NCBI GenBank assembly: GCA_005798405.1
Contig: SYJQ01000006.1
Span: 43,486-107,485 of the forward strand
Reading direction: 5' to 3'
Length of the DNA stretch: 64,000 nt
Origin: Nitrosopumilaceae archaeon
Lineage (GTDB): Archaea; Thermoproteota; Nitrososphaeria; Nitrososphaerales; Nitrosopumilaceae
Positions 1 to 9,452 of this stretch are shown piece after piece (position 1 is the stretch's first letter; each line of letters opens with the position of its first letter). A model generated the notes under the pieces. The model saw only the letters and a list, made by a program, of their open reading frames with translations. It did not search any database and was not told where the DNA came from. A program made the position numbers and the translations under genes.

Positions 1-896
1 ATGATGTAAAGTGTCAACTAGATACTTGCAAAACCTATCCCATAATAACAGATTCGGAGAGAGGAGAAATGTTTTGTGGGGGATGCGGTCTTGTTTTAGT
101 GCAAAACATAGCTGATATTTCGCATGAAAGTAACGGTTACAGTCAGGAAGATTTTATGAAATCAGCAAGGACCGGTCCTGCAATGTCATTAACAATGCAT
201 GATAAAGGATTATCAACTATAATTGGTGCAGATAGAGATTCTTCAGGTAATGCTTTATCAAGTAAAACAAAATATGAATTTAATAGACTTCGTACATGGG
301 ACCAGAGAAGTAAATCAAGATCAACTGCAACATTAAGCAAAGCTTTCACTTTATTGAATGGCATAAAAACAAAACTAGGAATACCTGATAATGTAGTTGA
401 AAATGCAGCCTATATTTACAGAAAAATAGTTAGTGCAAAACTTACAAGAGGTAGAACTATGGCTTCTCTAGTTTCTGCATCATTATATGCTGCATGTAGA
501 GAGAATAACATACCTAGAACATTAGATGATATTGCTAATGCAGGAAACATTGAAAGAAGAATTCTATCTAGAGATTTGAGAACAATTATCAAAAAACTTG
601 GATTAAAGCTAAATCAATATGACACTTCATCATTTATTTCTAAGATTTCAAATAACATGAATCTAAAAGAAAAAACAAAGCGAGATGCATATGATATCCT
701 AAAACGTTGTGAAACTGAAGAAATTACTGCAGGAAAGCATCCTGTAGCTCAAGCGGCTGCTTCTTTGTATATTGCATGTATGATTAATGGAGAAAAAATC
801 AGTCAAAAAAAGTTTTCAAAGGAATCTGGGGTTAGTGATGTCACCATAAGAAATAGAGTGGTATTAATTAAAAAAACACTCAAAATTACAGAATAA
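1..896 (+). CDS. tfb: Transcription initiation factor TFB (TFIIB homologue), 5' end cut by window edge
   Basis: ORF 69..896 stays open in the same frame back to base 3 (DVKCQLDTCKTYPIITDSERGEMFCGGCGLV, a CxxC...CxxC zinc ribbon). It has two cyclin-like repeats (RGRTMASLVSASLYAACR; GKHPVAQAAASLYIAC). Confidence 0.9.
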   Translation, partial: DVKCQLDTCKTYPIITDSERGEMFCGGCGLVLVQNIADISHESNGYSQEDFMKSARTGPAMSLTMHDKGLSTIIGADRDSSGNALSSKTKYEFNRLRTWDQRSKSRSTATLSKAFTLLNGIKTKLGIPDNVVENAAYIYRKIVSAKLTRGRTMASLVSASLYAACRENNIPRTLDDIANAGNIERRILSRDLRTIIKKLGLKLNQYDTSSFISKISNNMNLKEKTKRDAYDILKRCETEEITAGKHPVAQAAASLYIACMINGEKISQKKFSKESGVSDVTIRNRVVLIKKTLKITE

Positions 897-900
897 TAAA

Positions 901-1017
901 ATGAGTGTAAAATTAATTCACTGTGAATGTGGAATATGTAGCCATAACACTGATTTAGAATGTATTAAAAAAGAATGTCAGTGTTGTTTTAATTTTCATA
1001 TTAGATCTGGTCATTAG
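901..1017 (+). CDS. 38-aa Cys/His-rich micro-ORF (MSVKLIHCECGICSHNTDLECIKKECQCCFNFHIRSGH), possible metal-binding peptide
   Basis: Hand translation gives an ATG..TAG ORF starting 5 nt after the tfb stop, with 7 Cys and 4 His in 38 residues. It is below the ORF-track cut-off. Confidence 0.35.
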   Translation: MSVKLIHCECGICSHNTDLECIKKECQCCFNFHIRSGH

Positions 1018-1025
1018 ATCTGTAT

Positions 1026-1436
1026 CTAGAAATCAATCGTTGATGAAAATGATTTATCAAATACAACCATTTTAAGTTTAGATACTAAATTCATAATTAC
1101 TTTAATTTGTTCCATAATTATTTTGTGAAGATTTTCTGTTAGATTAGTTAATTCAACAATTTTTGTTTCTAAATTTGAATTTTGTTCCTTTAGTTTATTA
1201 TTTTCTTCAGTAAGTCTCTGTATCTTTTCAGAGTTAGATTCTTCAGGAAATGGTGCAGGTATTGGCTCTGGTGTGGGTGATTTTATTGGTTTTGGTGTGG
1301 GTGACGGTTCAGGTATTTGTGGAGGTTTTGGTTCTTGTTCAATTTCCTGAGCCAAGATAGATTGAGTAAAAAGTAGTGATGAAAGTAAAAAGCTTAAACT
1401 AAAAATAATATTTTTCTTCATTTTATAATCTAACAT
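1026..1436 (-). CDS. Secreted protein: signal peptide, Pro-rich linker, coiled coil
   Basis: N-terminus MKKNIIFSLSFLLSSLLFTQSILAQE (the likely real start is the second Met, at 1421). This is followed by PxP repeats (PKPPQIPEPSPTPKPIKSPTPEPIPAPFP) and heptad-like LKEQNSNLETKIVELTNLTENL. Confidence 0.6.
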   Translation of the reverse strand: MLDYKMKKNIIFSLSFLLSSLLFTQSILAQEIEQEPKPPQIPEPSPTPKPIKSPTPEPIPAPFPEESNSEKIQRLTEENNKLKEQNSNLETKIVELTNLTENLHKIIMEQIKVIMNLVSKLKMVVFDKSFSSTIDF

Positions 1437-1510
1437 TATTAAATTGATTTTTTGTATATGAATATGATTATTGATTTCAAAGAATGATAATAGAAAAATA
1501 GTAAATAAAA

Positions 1511-1729
1511 TTATTTAAAGAAATCAAATTCTTGATCTCTTTTTTGTTTAGGTAGATCCTCCATTACAGCTTGTACCACTTCATTGTGATTATATGTGAG
1601 ATGTCGTAAAAATTTTGCAGATTCATCAGCTCTTTTCTTTGCGTCTGCAAATAACATTTCAGGACTACTAAGTTCATTCATCATAGTGTTACATTCTTTG
1701 CATGGCTCAAAATCAAGATAGAGTTTCAT
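1511..1729 (-). CDS. Hypothetical 72-aa protein
   Basis: ORF with normal charged composition, sitting between annotated neighbours. No motif recognised. Confidence 0.45.
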   Translation of the reverse strand: MKLYLDFEPCKECNTMMNELSSPEMLFADAKKRADESAKFLRHLTYNHNEVVQAVMEDLPKQKRDQEFDFFK

Positions 1730-1758
1730 AATTTGTGGTTATCCTCTTAGTATTTAGA

Positions 1759-3906
1759 CTATTTTATGGATTGGATCATGGGCGTCTCTTTTTTTCTAGG
1801 CTTAATTTTATCGATTGAGTCTAGCAGATCTTGGTGTGTTATTTTGATGTCTTTGACATTTTCGGATTTTGCGCTAACATGTCTTTTCAAGGCAAGAATT
1901 GCGGCTCTGTTTGCTATAGCAGCCATCTCAGCACCACTAAATCCACTTGTTAATTCAACAATTTTTGTTATGTCTACATCTTTTGCTAGTGGTTTCTTTT
2001 TGGAATGAATTCTGAATATCTGTTCTCTTCCTTTAGAATCTGGATTTGGAACCTCAATAATTCTATCAAATCTTCCAGGTCTGAGTAATGCCTCATCAAC
2101 AATATCTAGTCTGTTTGTAGCACCAATTATCAAGACATTGTGTAATTCCTCCAGTCCATCTATTTCAGTAAGAATTTGAGATACAACATTTTCTGTTACA
2201 TGTGATCCTGAATCATCACTACCTCTTCTTGGTACAAGTGCATCTACTTCATCAAGAAATATTATACATGGTGCTGCCTGACGAGCTTTTCTGAAAATTT
2301 CTCTTACTCCTTTTTCAGATTCACCTACCCACTTTGAGAGTAATTCTGGACCTTTAATACTGATAAAATTAGAATCAGTCATTGTTGCCAATGCTTTTGC
2401 AATCATTGTTTTTCCAGTTCCAGGTGGACCATGAAGTAATATTCCCTTTGGTGCTTCAACATTAACATATTCAAAAGCTTCTTTGTGTTTAATTGGCCAT
2501 TCTACAGCTTCACGTAGTTCTTCTTTTAATTCATCAAGACCACCAACATCATCCCAACTAACATTTGGAATTTGTACTTGAACTTCGCGTAATGCACTTG
2601 GTCTAACTTCTTTTAATGCATCTCTAAAGTCTTCACTTGTAATCTTAATTTTTTGAAGAATTTCTGTGGAAACTTTCTCTTCACTAAGATTAATTTCAGG
2701 CAAAATTCTTCGTAAAGATCGCATAGCTGCTTCTTTGGATAGTATTTCAAGATCAGCTCCTACAAATCCATGGGTTATTTTTGCGATTTGTTTAAGATCT
2801 ACTTTTTCATCAATTGGCATTCCACGTGTATGAATTGATAGAATGTCATATCGTCCATCATCGTCAGGTATTCCAATTTCGATTTCTCTATCAATTCTTC
2901 CAGGTCTTCTTAAAGCAGGATCAATTGAATCTGGTCTATTAGTAGCTGCAATCACTACAACTTTACCTCTGCTTTTCATACCATCCATTAGTGTTAAAAG
3001 TTGAGAAACAATTCTTTTTTCAACTTCTCCAGAAACTTCATCTCGTTTTGGGGCAATTGAATCAATTTCATCAATGAATACAATGCTTGGAGAATTTTCT
3101 TCTGCTTGTTTGAAAATCTCTCTGATTCTTTCTTCACTTTCTCCATAATATTTTCCCATAATTTCAGGTCCGCTAAGTGAGATAAAATGAGCACTAGTTT
3201 CACCAGCAACTGCTTTTGCCAAGAGAGTTTTTCCAGTTCCAGGTGGACCGTATAATAACACGCCTTTTGGTGCTTCCACGCCTATTTTCTCAAATAATTC
3301 AGGATGTCTCATGGGTAATTCTACCATCTCCCGAATTTTCTGAACTTCGTTTTTCAAACCTCCTAATTCATCATATGTGATTCGTGGAATAGTTGAATCA
3401 ACTGCTTTTGTCATAGGACCAAGTTTGAATATTGTTCTTTCAGTAACAATTACTGGTTTTGATGGTTTTGTATTGGTTACAATAAATTGTATTTTTCCAC
3501 CCATTTGAGTTGGTAGTTGGATTGAGTCATGAACAGTAAAAACATGGTTTTGGAAATTTGTAATCATCACATCATGTAGTTGTTCTTCATCAATAGATAA
3601 TTTCTCAGTTGGGGATAAAATAATTTGTTCAGCATCAGCAGCTTCTACAGATTTTATAGAAATTTGATCACCGATTCCAGCTCCAATATTTTGTCTAGTC
3701 ATTCCATCTATTTTGATAGTACCTGCACCGTATTCCTCAGGAGAACCAGGCCAAAGTTTTACATGTGTTTTTTTGTTGTGTGTTAATTCTAAAATTTGTC
3801 CTGGTTTCCATTTAGTATCTTCAATTATTTTAGGATCAACTATGGCTCTCCCTCTTCCCACATGTTGTTGTGGGATTTCAATAACTTTTAAAATAATTTC
3901 AGTCAT
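1759..3906 (-). CDS. cdc48: CDC48/VCP-type AAA+ ATPase (two AAA domains)
   Basis: Two Walker A motifs ([30 protein letters not shown]), Walker B motifs (FIDEID, FLDEVD), and a CDC48 N-domain-like start ([24 protein letters not shown]). Confidence 0.95.
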   Translation of the reverse strand: MTEIILKVIEIPQQHVGRGRAIVDPKIIEDTKWKPGQILELTHNKKTHVKLWPGSPEEYGAGTIKIDGMTRQNIGAGIGDQISIKSVEAADAEQIILSPTEKLSIDEEQLHDVMITNFQNHVFTVHDSIQLPTQMGGKIQFIVTNTKPSKPVIVTERTIFKLGPMTKAVDSTIPRITYDELGGLKNEVQKIREMVELPMRHPELFEKIGVEAPKGVLLYGPPGTGKTLLAKAVAGETSAHFISLSGPEIMGKYYGESEERIREIFKQAEENSPSIVFIDEIDSIAPKRDEVSGEVEKRIVSQLLTLMDGMKSRGKVVVIAATNRPDSIDPALRRPGRIDREIEIGIPDDDGRYDILSIHTRGMPIDEKVDLKQIAKITHGFVGADLEILSKEAAMRSLRRILPEINLSEEKVSTEILQKIKITSEDFRDALKEVRPSALREVQVQIPNVSWDDVGGLDELKEELREAVEWPIKHKEAFEYVNVEAPKGILLHGPPGTGKTMIAKALATMTDSNFISIKGPELLSKWVGESEKGVREIFRKARQAAPCIIFLDEVDALVPRRGSDDSGSHVTENVVSQILTEIDGLEELHNVLIIGATNRLDIVDEALLRPGRFDRIIEVPNPDSKGREQIFRIHSKKKPLAKDVDITKIVELTSGFSGAEMAAIANRAAILALKRHVSAKSENVKDIKITHQDLLDSIDKIKPRKKETPMIQSIK

Positions 3907-3934
3907 TTTTTTTCTCCATAAAAATTAGTGGGGT

Positions 3935-4432
3935 TTATTCGACCTCCACCTTTTTGCCTTTTGGTTTCTCATCTTCAATTAACTTGAAGATTAGTTCAAG
4001 AATTCCGTTTTTGTAAGAAGCTTTTGCAGAGTTTTCATCAACTTTGTGTTTGATTGGAACTTTTACATGATATTTCTTTTCACCATGTTCTGCAGAGATA
4101 TCTACAGATTTGTCTTGTACAAGAATTTTAACGTCTGTTTTTTCAACTCCTGGTATCTCAGCTACAAGTTTTACCAGTTTTTCTTTTTCATCTACAATTG
4201 CATCTACAATTGGTTCTCTAGTATTAGATGATGGAAGTAATCCTGGTTTCACATTTCCATATTCCTTTACCATAGGTTTTCCATTAGGACCAACAGTCAT
4301 GGTGTAACCATAATAAAATGGACCAGAGTTGGAGCCATTTTCCTTGAATTCTTCAAATATGTCATCTATATCAAAAAAAGAGCCTGACATTCTCTTGAAG
4401 ATCCTATCGAATTCATCATCAAACATTGTCAT
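3935..4432 (-). CDS. hsp20: Small heat-shock protein, Hsp20/alpha-crystallin family
   Basis: Alpha-crystallin domain (LVKLVAEIPGVEKTDVKILVQDKSVDISAEHGEKKYHVKVPI...SYKNGILELIF). It lies 28 nt upstream of cdc48 on the same strand. Confidence 0.9.
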   Translation of the reverse strand: MTMFDDEFDRIFKRMSGSFFDIDDIFEEFKENGSNSGPFYYGYTMTVGPNGKPMVKEYGNVKPGLLPSSNTREPIVDAIVDEKEKLVKLVAEIPGVEKTDVKILVQDKSVDISAEHGEKKYHVKVPIKHKVDENSAKASYKNGILELIFKLIEDEKPKGKKVEVE

Positions 4433-4444
4433 ATTTATCTGTCA

Positions 4445-4503
4445 TATGTAATGTATATTACATAATATAAGTATTACGTCAATTTATGTAATTTATTACA
4501 TAA
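4445..4503. promoter_or_regulatory. Two related palindromes (TATGTAAT-N4-ATTACATA at 4445-4464; TTATGTAAT-TT-ATTACATAA at 4484-4503) in the divergent hsp20 / ACT-ORF promoter region
   Basis: Base-by-base check of both arms. A third ATTACAT half-site lies at 4528-4534. AT-rich TATA-like boxes are adjacent on both strands. Confidence 0.5.
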
Positions 4504-4537
4504 TGCTATTATAACTGACATTGTACAATTACATTTA

Positions 4538-5203
4538 ATGAGAATTACCAGTATGTCTATTCCTGAAATAGTCAGGGAAATTGTTACGAGAAATCGTTCA
4601 ATTTATGATTGTATGAAGATGGATTTGATTAACTATACAGCGTTGGCAGTAAAGATGCAACCAGAAATTGAAAAGATGTTGGGTAGTGCTGTAAATCTCA
4701 ATACAATTGTAGTAGCCATTAAACGATATGCAGATTCATTTGAAACAAAAGAGAGTATCAAAGAAGAATCTGTTTTGAAAAATGCAAGACTTGCATTGAC
4801 TGATGGAATGATGGATATCAAATTTTCAACAAAAGATTTTGCAGAGATGGATACGGTATCAATTTTAGATAAATTTTCAAAAATTACTAGCAATTATGAA
4901 TTTTTTAGGTTATCAGATTCATTTAGATTTCTTACAGAGGATATGGAAAGTATTAGACAAATCTTTGAAAACATACCAAATAGAGAAAGTATGTTTAGTA
5001 CAGGTCTTGCAAAGATTAGAATTTCAATTCCAATAAATCAAAACCAATCAGATGTTGTATCTTATGTTGCTGAAATTTTACATGGGAATGGAATAGAACT
5101 TGTAAATGCATTTTTCAGTCAAGATAGCATAATCATAATTCTAAATGAAAGTGATGCTTCTAGAGCATATGAAATACTTCATTCAGACATAGTCAGAATT
5201 TGA
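4538..5203 (+). CDS. Putative regulator with N-terminal HTH-like segment and C-terminal ACT-like domain
   Basis: The C-terminus (LAKIRISIP...DVVSYVAEILHGNGIELVNAFFSQDSIIIILNESDASRAYEIL) resembles an ACT fold. The N-terminus (IPEIVREIVTRNRSIYDCMKMDLINYTALAVKM) is HTH-like. The domain call is tentative. Confidence 0.55.
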   Translation: MRITSMSIPEIVREIVTRNRSIYDCMKMDLINYTALAVKMQPEIEKMLGSAVNLNTIVVAIKRYADSFETKESIKEESVLKNARLALTDGMMDIKFSTKDFAEMDTVSILDKFSKITSNYEFFRLSDSFRFLTEDMESIRQIFENIPNRESMFSTGLAKIRISIPINQNQSDVVSYVAEILHGNGIELVNAFFSQDSIIIILNESDASRAYEILHSDIVRI

Positions 5204-5283
5204 TAAATTCAGAATTTATTTATGGTTTATTGAGAAAATTGATCTCATAGGATATATTCAGTTATTTTATGGGTATAATGTAA

Positions 5284-6642
5284 TTGGCCAGAAATAAGAA
5301 GAAAATAGTCATTTTGGGAGGAGGTTTTGCAGGAGTGGAATGTGCCAGACAATTAGAGTCGTATTTTGGAAATAATTCGGAAATTGAGTTGGTAATGATA
5401 AGTGAGGATAATTTTCTATTATTTACTCCAATGTTGCCTCAGGTAGCATCAGGGATGATTGAAACAAGACATATTGTAATGCCTATAAGGGCAATTTGTA
5501 AAAAGACGAAATTTTATGAGGGTAGAATAAAAAATGTGGATCCTTTTGGAAAACTCGTGACATTGTGGGGTACGGGTGAAAAAAGAGGTGTTTCAATTCA
5601 TTATGATTATTTGGTGGTTGCGTTGGGTAGTGAAACTAACTTTTTTGGAATGGCGGATGTTGAAAAGAATGCTTACACAATGAAAACTCTCAATGATGCA
5701 GTGATGCTAAGAAATAGAGTAGTAGATATGCTTGAACAAGCTGAGAATGAGACAGATCCTATTCTTCGAAATAGTTTTTTGACATTTGTTGTAGTGGGAG
5801 GAGGTTTTGCAGGAATTGAGACGGCGGGAGAATTAATGGATCTTCTATTAGATGCAACAAAATATTATCCTACAATTCACAAAGACGATATTCGTGTAAT
5901 AGTTTTAGAAGCTCTCCCAATGATTCTTCCTGGCTTTAATGAAAAATTGGCAGAATTTGCAAAAGAAAAAATGATAAAAAGAGGAATTGATATCAAACTA
6001 AAAACAGCGGTTACGAGTTTTGATGGAACAGAGGTTATTGTAAAATCATTAGACGAGAATACAAAAAATTCTGTGGATGAAGCAAAGATGGATGTAATTA
6101 GGACTAAAACATTAATTTGGACTGCGGGCGTAACACCTGTTAATACAATTAAGAGGTCAATGTTCAAAACGGATAAAGGTAAAGTTATTGTAAATGATTT
6201 TCTTGAAGTTCCAGAATTTTCAGGAGTTTTTGCAATTGGTGATTGTGCATTGTTTATGGATCCTCAAACAAATAGACCGTTTGCACCAACTGCACAAATT
6301 GCGGAAGCACAAGCTAAAATCGCAGCTCATAATTTGAATGCATTAATTAAAAATTCAGAGAAGAGAAAATTCGAATATCACTCTAAGGGACAAATGGCAA
6401 TAATTGGAAAAAGAACTGGTATTGCTACATTTCTAGGAATGAATATCTCAGGATTTTTAGCCTGGCTTATTTGGAGAAATGTATACCTTTCAAAAATTGC
6501 ATTACCAGATAAAAGAGTGAGGGTTTTCCTAGACTGGACAATTGATTTACTATTTGACAGAGATATTTCTAGACTGAAACTCGTTAAACGTGAGACAGAA
6601 AAAGAATACAAAGTTCTTGATGAAGTAGATGATGTTTGGTAG
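5284..6642 (+). CDS. Type II NADH dehydrogenase-like FAD oxidoreductase (NDH-2 family)
   Basis: Two dinucleotide-binding motifs (ILGGGFAGVE, VVGGGFAGIETAGE) and GDCA near the C-terminus. TTG start. Confidence 0.85.
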   Translation: MARNKKKIVILGGGFAGVECARQLESYFGNNSEIELVMISEDNFLLFTPMLPQVASGMIETRHIVMPIRAICKKTKFYEGRIKNVDPFGKLVTLWGTGEKRGVSIHYDYLVVALGSETNFFGMADVEKNAYTMKTLNDAVMLRNRVVDMLEQAENETDPILRNSFLTFVVVGGGFAGIETAGELMDLLLDATKYYPTIHKDDIRVIVLEALPMILPGFNEKLAEFAKEKMIKRGIDIKLKTAVTSFDGTEVIVKSLDENTKNSVDEAKMDVIRTKTLIWTAGVTPVNTIKRSMFKTDKGKVIVNDFLEVPEFSGVFAIGDCALFMDPQTNRPFAPTAQIAEAQAKIAAHNLNALIKNSEKRKFEYHSKGQMAIIGKRTGIATFLGMNISGFLAWLIWRNVYLSKIALPDKRVRVFLDWTIDLLFDRDISRLKLVKRETEKEYKVLDEVDDVW

Positions 6643-8169
6643 TTATTTTCTTATTCTATGAATTATCATAGTAGGAGCTACAAAATACATTCCAATGTTT
6701 AATGCAATTACAGAAAGACCTAGTCCTAATACTTCAGCTTCAGAACCATCTTCAGCCAATGTCATAATTGAAAGAGTTGAAAGCATTGGAGTTATTGCAA
6801 TCTTTACCACTTCTTTGAATGTTGGATTTTCTCTTTCCCAATCTGCAATTGTGGGACTAAATGAATAATAAAATTGGTTGAATCCAGTCATAAATGAAGT
6901 ACCTGAAGTTGTTTGCAATAGAGAATTGTCTCTTAGCTCTCGTAGTTGTTGTACTTGTGGGGCAAGTTCAGAGCCAAATGTTGCAGTAGCAATTAGACAA
7001 CCACCACCTTCTTCAGTTTTACCTGAAAAATCTGTAGATTTTGTTTCCTGAGTTGGTTCAGATAATATTTTAAATGAATTAACAGAATCTTCAAATCTAG
7101 TTATTTGATCATTAAAATTATCTACTTCATTACTATATGCAAAAGTATAAAATTTTTCAGGAGTTGAAATGATTACTTCCCTAAATTGTACATCATATGA
7201 TGTTCCATTACTTTGGAAAAAACCTCTTGCATTAGTAACATATGCCTGTTTTTCATTGATTGTTGATTTTTCTTGAGAAATAATTTCCAAATTACCTGAT
7301 GTAAGTGCCTTTTTTAGAAATTCATCTTTTTCTTTAATCAAATCATCAAGGGTTCTACTATTTGTATGAGAAATGGTCAAAGAAATTACCGGGTTAATAA
7401 GTCCAATTTTGGGACCTACAGCAACTACGTCTGGAGAATTTTCGTTGGTTTTTTCTGGTTGTTGTAATAACCAGCCTTCTGGTACCTTAAATTCAATATC
7501 TAACGCTTTGTCTTCATAAAGCTGACTCCCTGAAGAACTTATAGTTGGAGTAGTTGTTCTTTCAGGATCTGATAGATCAAGTAAATCAGATAAGTCAGAA
7601 CGATTTACAACTTTAACTTTTGTAATTTTTACTTGTTCAATATCTATTGGAATGTCTTTATCTCCTGTTTGAACTGAAGCAATTTTGTCAAGTGTTTCAA
7701 AACTATCTTGTGTTACAATTCTACCAAATACAGTATATTGTCCATCAAGAAAGTTTGAATCCTTATGAACTATGAAAAATTGTGAACCAGCACTGTTTGG
7801 ATCAGCTGATCTTGCCATAGAAACAATTCCACGATTATGTTTTATTGAATTAAATTCAGCATTTACAAAATTTCCTGGTCCTCCGGTTCCCCAATTACTC
7901 TTATCTCCATCTTTTGTGTTTGGATCTCCACCTTGAATCATAAATCCTGGAATTATTCTATGAAATATAGTACCATCATAGAATCCATCTTCAGCTAATT
8001 TAATAAAATTGGTAACATGGTTTGGAGCGTCATTAGGAAAAAATTCCATCGTAATTTCTCCAAGATTAGTATGTAAAATTACTAACTTATCATCAGATTG
8101 TGCAAATGATTGATTTCCTAAATTAATTAAAAGTAATGAAATGGATATGATAATAAGAATTTTTTTCAA
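6643..8169 (-). CDS. Secreted cyclophilin-type peptidyl-prolyl isomerase fused to a middle domain and a Cys-containing C-terminal anchor module
   Basis: Signal peptide, then cyclophilin motifs (FHRIIPGFMIQGGDP, SMARSADPNSAGSQFFI). The C-terminus has GGGCLIATATFGSELAPQVQQLRELRD plus a hydrophobic helix and a basic tail. Confidence 0.9.
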   Translation of the reverse strand: MKKILIIISISLLLINLGNQSFAQSDDKLVILHTNLGEITMEFFPNDAPNHVTNFIKLAEDGFYDGTIFHRIIPGFMIQGGDPNTKDGDKSNWGTGGPGNFVNAEFNSIKHNRGIVSMARSADPNSAGSQFFIVHKDSNFLDGQYTVFGRIVTQDSFETLDKIASVQTGDKDIPIDIEQVKITKVKVVNRSDLSDLLDLSDPERTTTPTISSSGSQLYEDKALDIEFKVPEGWLLQQPEKTNENSPDVVAVGPKIGLINPVISLTISHTNSRTLDDLIKEKDEFLKKALTSGNLEIISQEKSTINEKQAYVTNARGFFQSNGTSYDVQFREVIISTPEKFYTFAYSNEVDNFNDQITRFEDSVNSFKILSEPTQETKSTDFSGKTEEGGGCLIATATFGSELAPQVQQLRELRDNSLLQTTSGTSFMTGFNQFYYSFSPTIADWERENPTFKEVVKIAITPMLSTLSIMTLAEDGSEAEVLGLGLSVIALNIGMYFVAPTMIIHRIRK

Positions 8170-8241
8170 TAAATTTTTTGATAATATCTTACTTAAAAGC
8201 TAATTGTATTAGTTTTTAACAAGATAAAATAATAAATCATT

Positions 8242-8733
8242 ATGCAACCTGATGAAAAAATTCAAGCACATTTGGTTTCAGTGTGGAGAGAACCAAAAAA
8301 ATTCTTTTCCATAGGTGGAAGAGAAGGTATGTTAGTTTTAACTGATAAACATTTGATGTTTGTACATAAAACAGAGGCTAAAATGAGGTGGTGGCAATCT
8401 ATTAGACAAAGACAAGTTATTAATTTCTTAAAATCAAAAAACACTATGATTCGTCATGATGGTTATGAAGAAACTAATTTAATGGAAGATATGGAAAATG
8501 AGAAAAACACACAATTGTCATTTGATGATATTTTGAATATCTCTCATGAGGAAAAGGAGTGGGGTAGCATCTTGTTAATAGAATATGAAAAGGACGGCAA
8601 ACGACAAAAATATCAATATTCAATTGCTCAGGATTGGGTAAAATATCCAGTAAAAGAGCCTACAAAGTACATGAAGGTAGATTGGGAACCTTTTGTGCAA
8701 TATATTAAAGGTAGGCAAAAATTTACAAAGTAA
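8242..8733 (+). CDS. Hypothetical protein (possible PH/GRAM-like fold)
   Basis: GMLVLTDKHLMFV resembles bacterial PH-like domains. There is no firm family call. Confidence 0.55.
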   Translation: MQPDEKIQAHLVSVWREPKKFFSIGGREGMLVLTDKHLMFVHKTEAKMRWWQSIRQRQVINFLKSKNTMIRHDGYEETNLMEDMENEKNTQLSFDDILNISHEEKEWGSILLIEYEKDGKRQKYQYSIAQDWVKYPVKEPTKYMKVDWEPFVQYIKGRQKFTK

Positions 8734-8735
8734 AA

Positions 8736-9452
8736 TTGGGAAAAATTTATGCTGTGGGTGTAGGACCGGGTTCTCCAAAATATGTTACTGAAATTGTAAG
8801 AGAAGTGATAGAGAATTGTGAGGTAGTAATTGGTTACAAGTACACGTTAAAAACAATTGAAGATTTGCTTGGAGGTAAAGAAATTTATGAAATTACTATG
8901 AATAATCAAGAGGAATCATATCAAAAAATTCTTTCAGAATTAGGTAATCGTTCTTTAGTTATTCCATTTACAGGTGATGTTAATTTTTCAGAATCTGAAG
9001 TTGTAGATAGATTAATTGAGATTTTTGGTGAGGTAGAAATAATTCCAGGAATAAGTTCAATTCAAGTTGCTGCATCAAGAGCAAGAGTGCCACTTGATAA
9101 ATCTAAAGTAATCACAATGCATGTAACAACTTCAATTGAAGAAAAGAAATTAGAATTGCAAAAAGCGTTGATTGATGGATATAGTGTAATTTTAGTTCCA
9201 AGACCATGGCCCAAACAACCTGACAAGCATTTTATGCCATCTGAGATTGCAATATATCTAAAAAATAATGGTTTTGATACAAGTGATATGAAAGTTCATG
9301 TTTTTGAAGCACTAACCACAGAAAATGAAACTTGTTTTGTTGGAACTGTGAAAGGTTTGGAAAGTAAAGAGTTTTCTGATTTATCTGTAATGGTTTTCAA
9401 TCAATCAATTTTGGATTCATATATGAATTACAAGTGGCAGTGGAAACTCTAG
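8736..9452 (+). CDS. Tetrapyrrole (corrin) methyltransferase, CbiE-like
   Basis: IYAVGVGPGSPKYVT...VVIGY at the N-terminus is typical of the precorrin methylase superfamily. TTG start. Which methylation step it performs cannot be assigned by eye. Confidence 0.7.
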   Translation: MGKIYAVGVGPGSPKYVTEIVREVIENCEVVIGYKYTLKTIEDLLGGKEIYEITMNNQEESYQKILSELGNRSLVIPFTGDVNFSESEVVDRLIEIFGEVEIIPGISSIQVAASRARVPLDKSKVITMHVTTSIEEKKLELQKALIDGYSVILVPRPWPKQPDKHFMPSEIAIYLKNNGFDTSDMKVHVFEALTTENETCFVGTVKGLESKEFSDLSVMVFNQSILDSYMNYKWQWKL

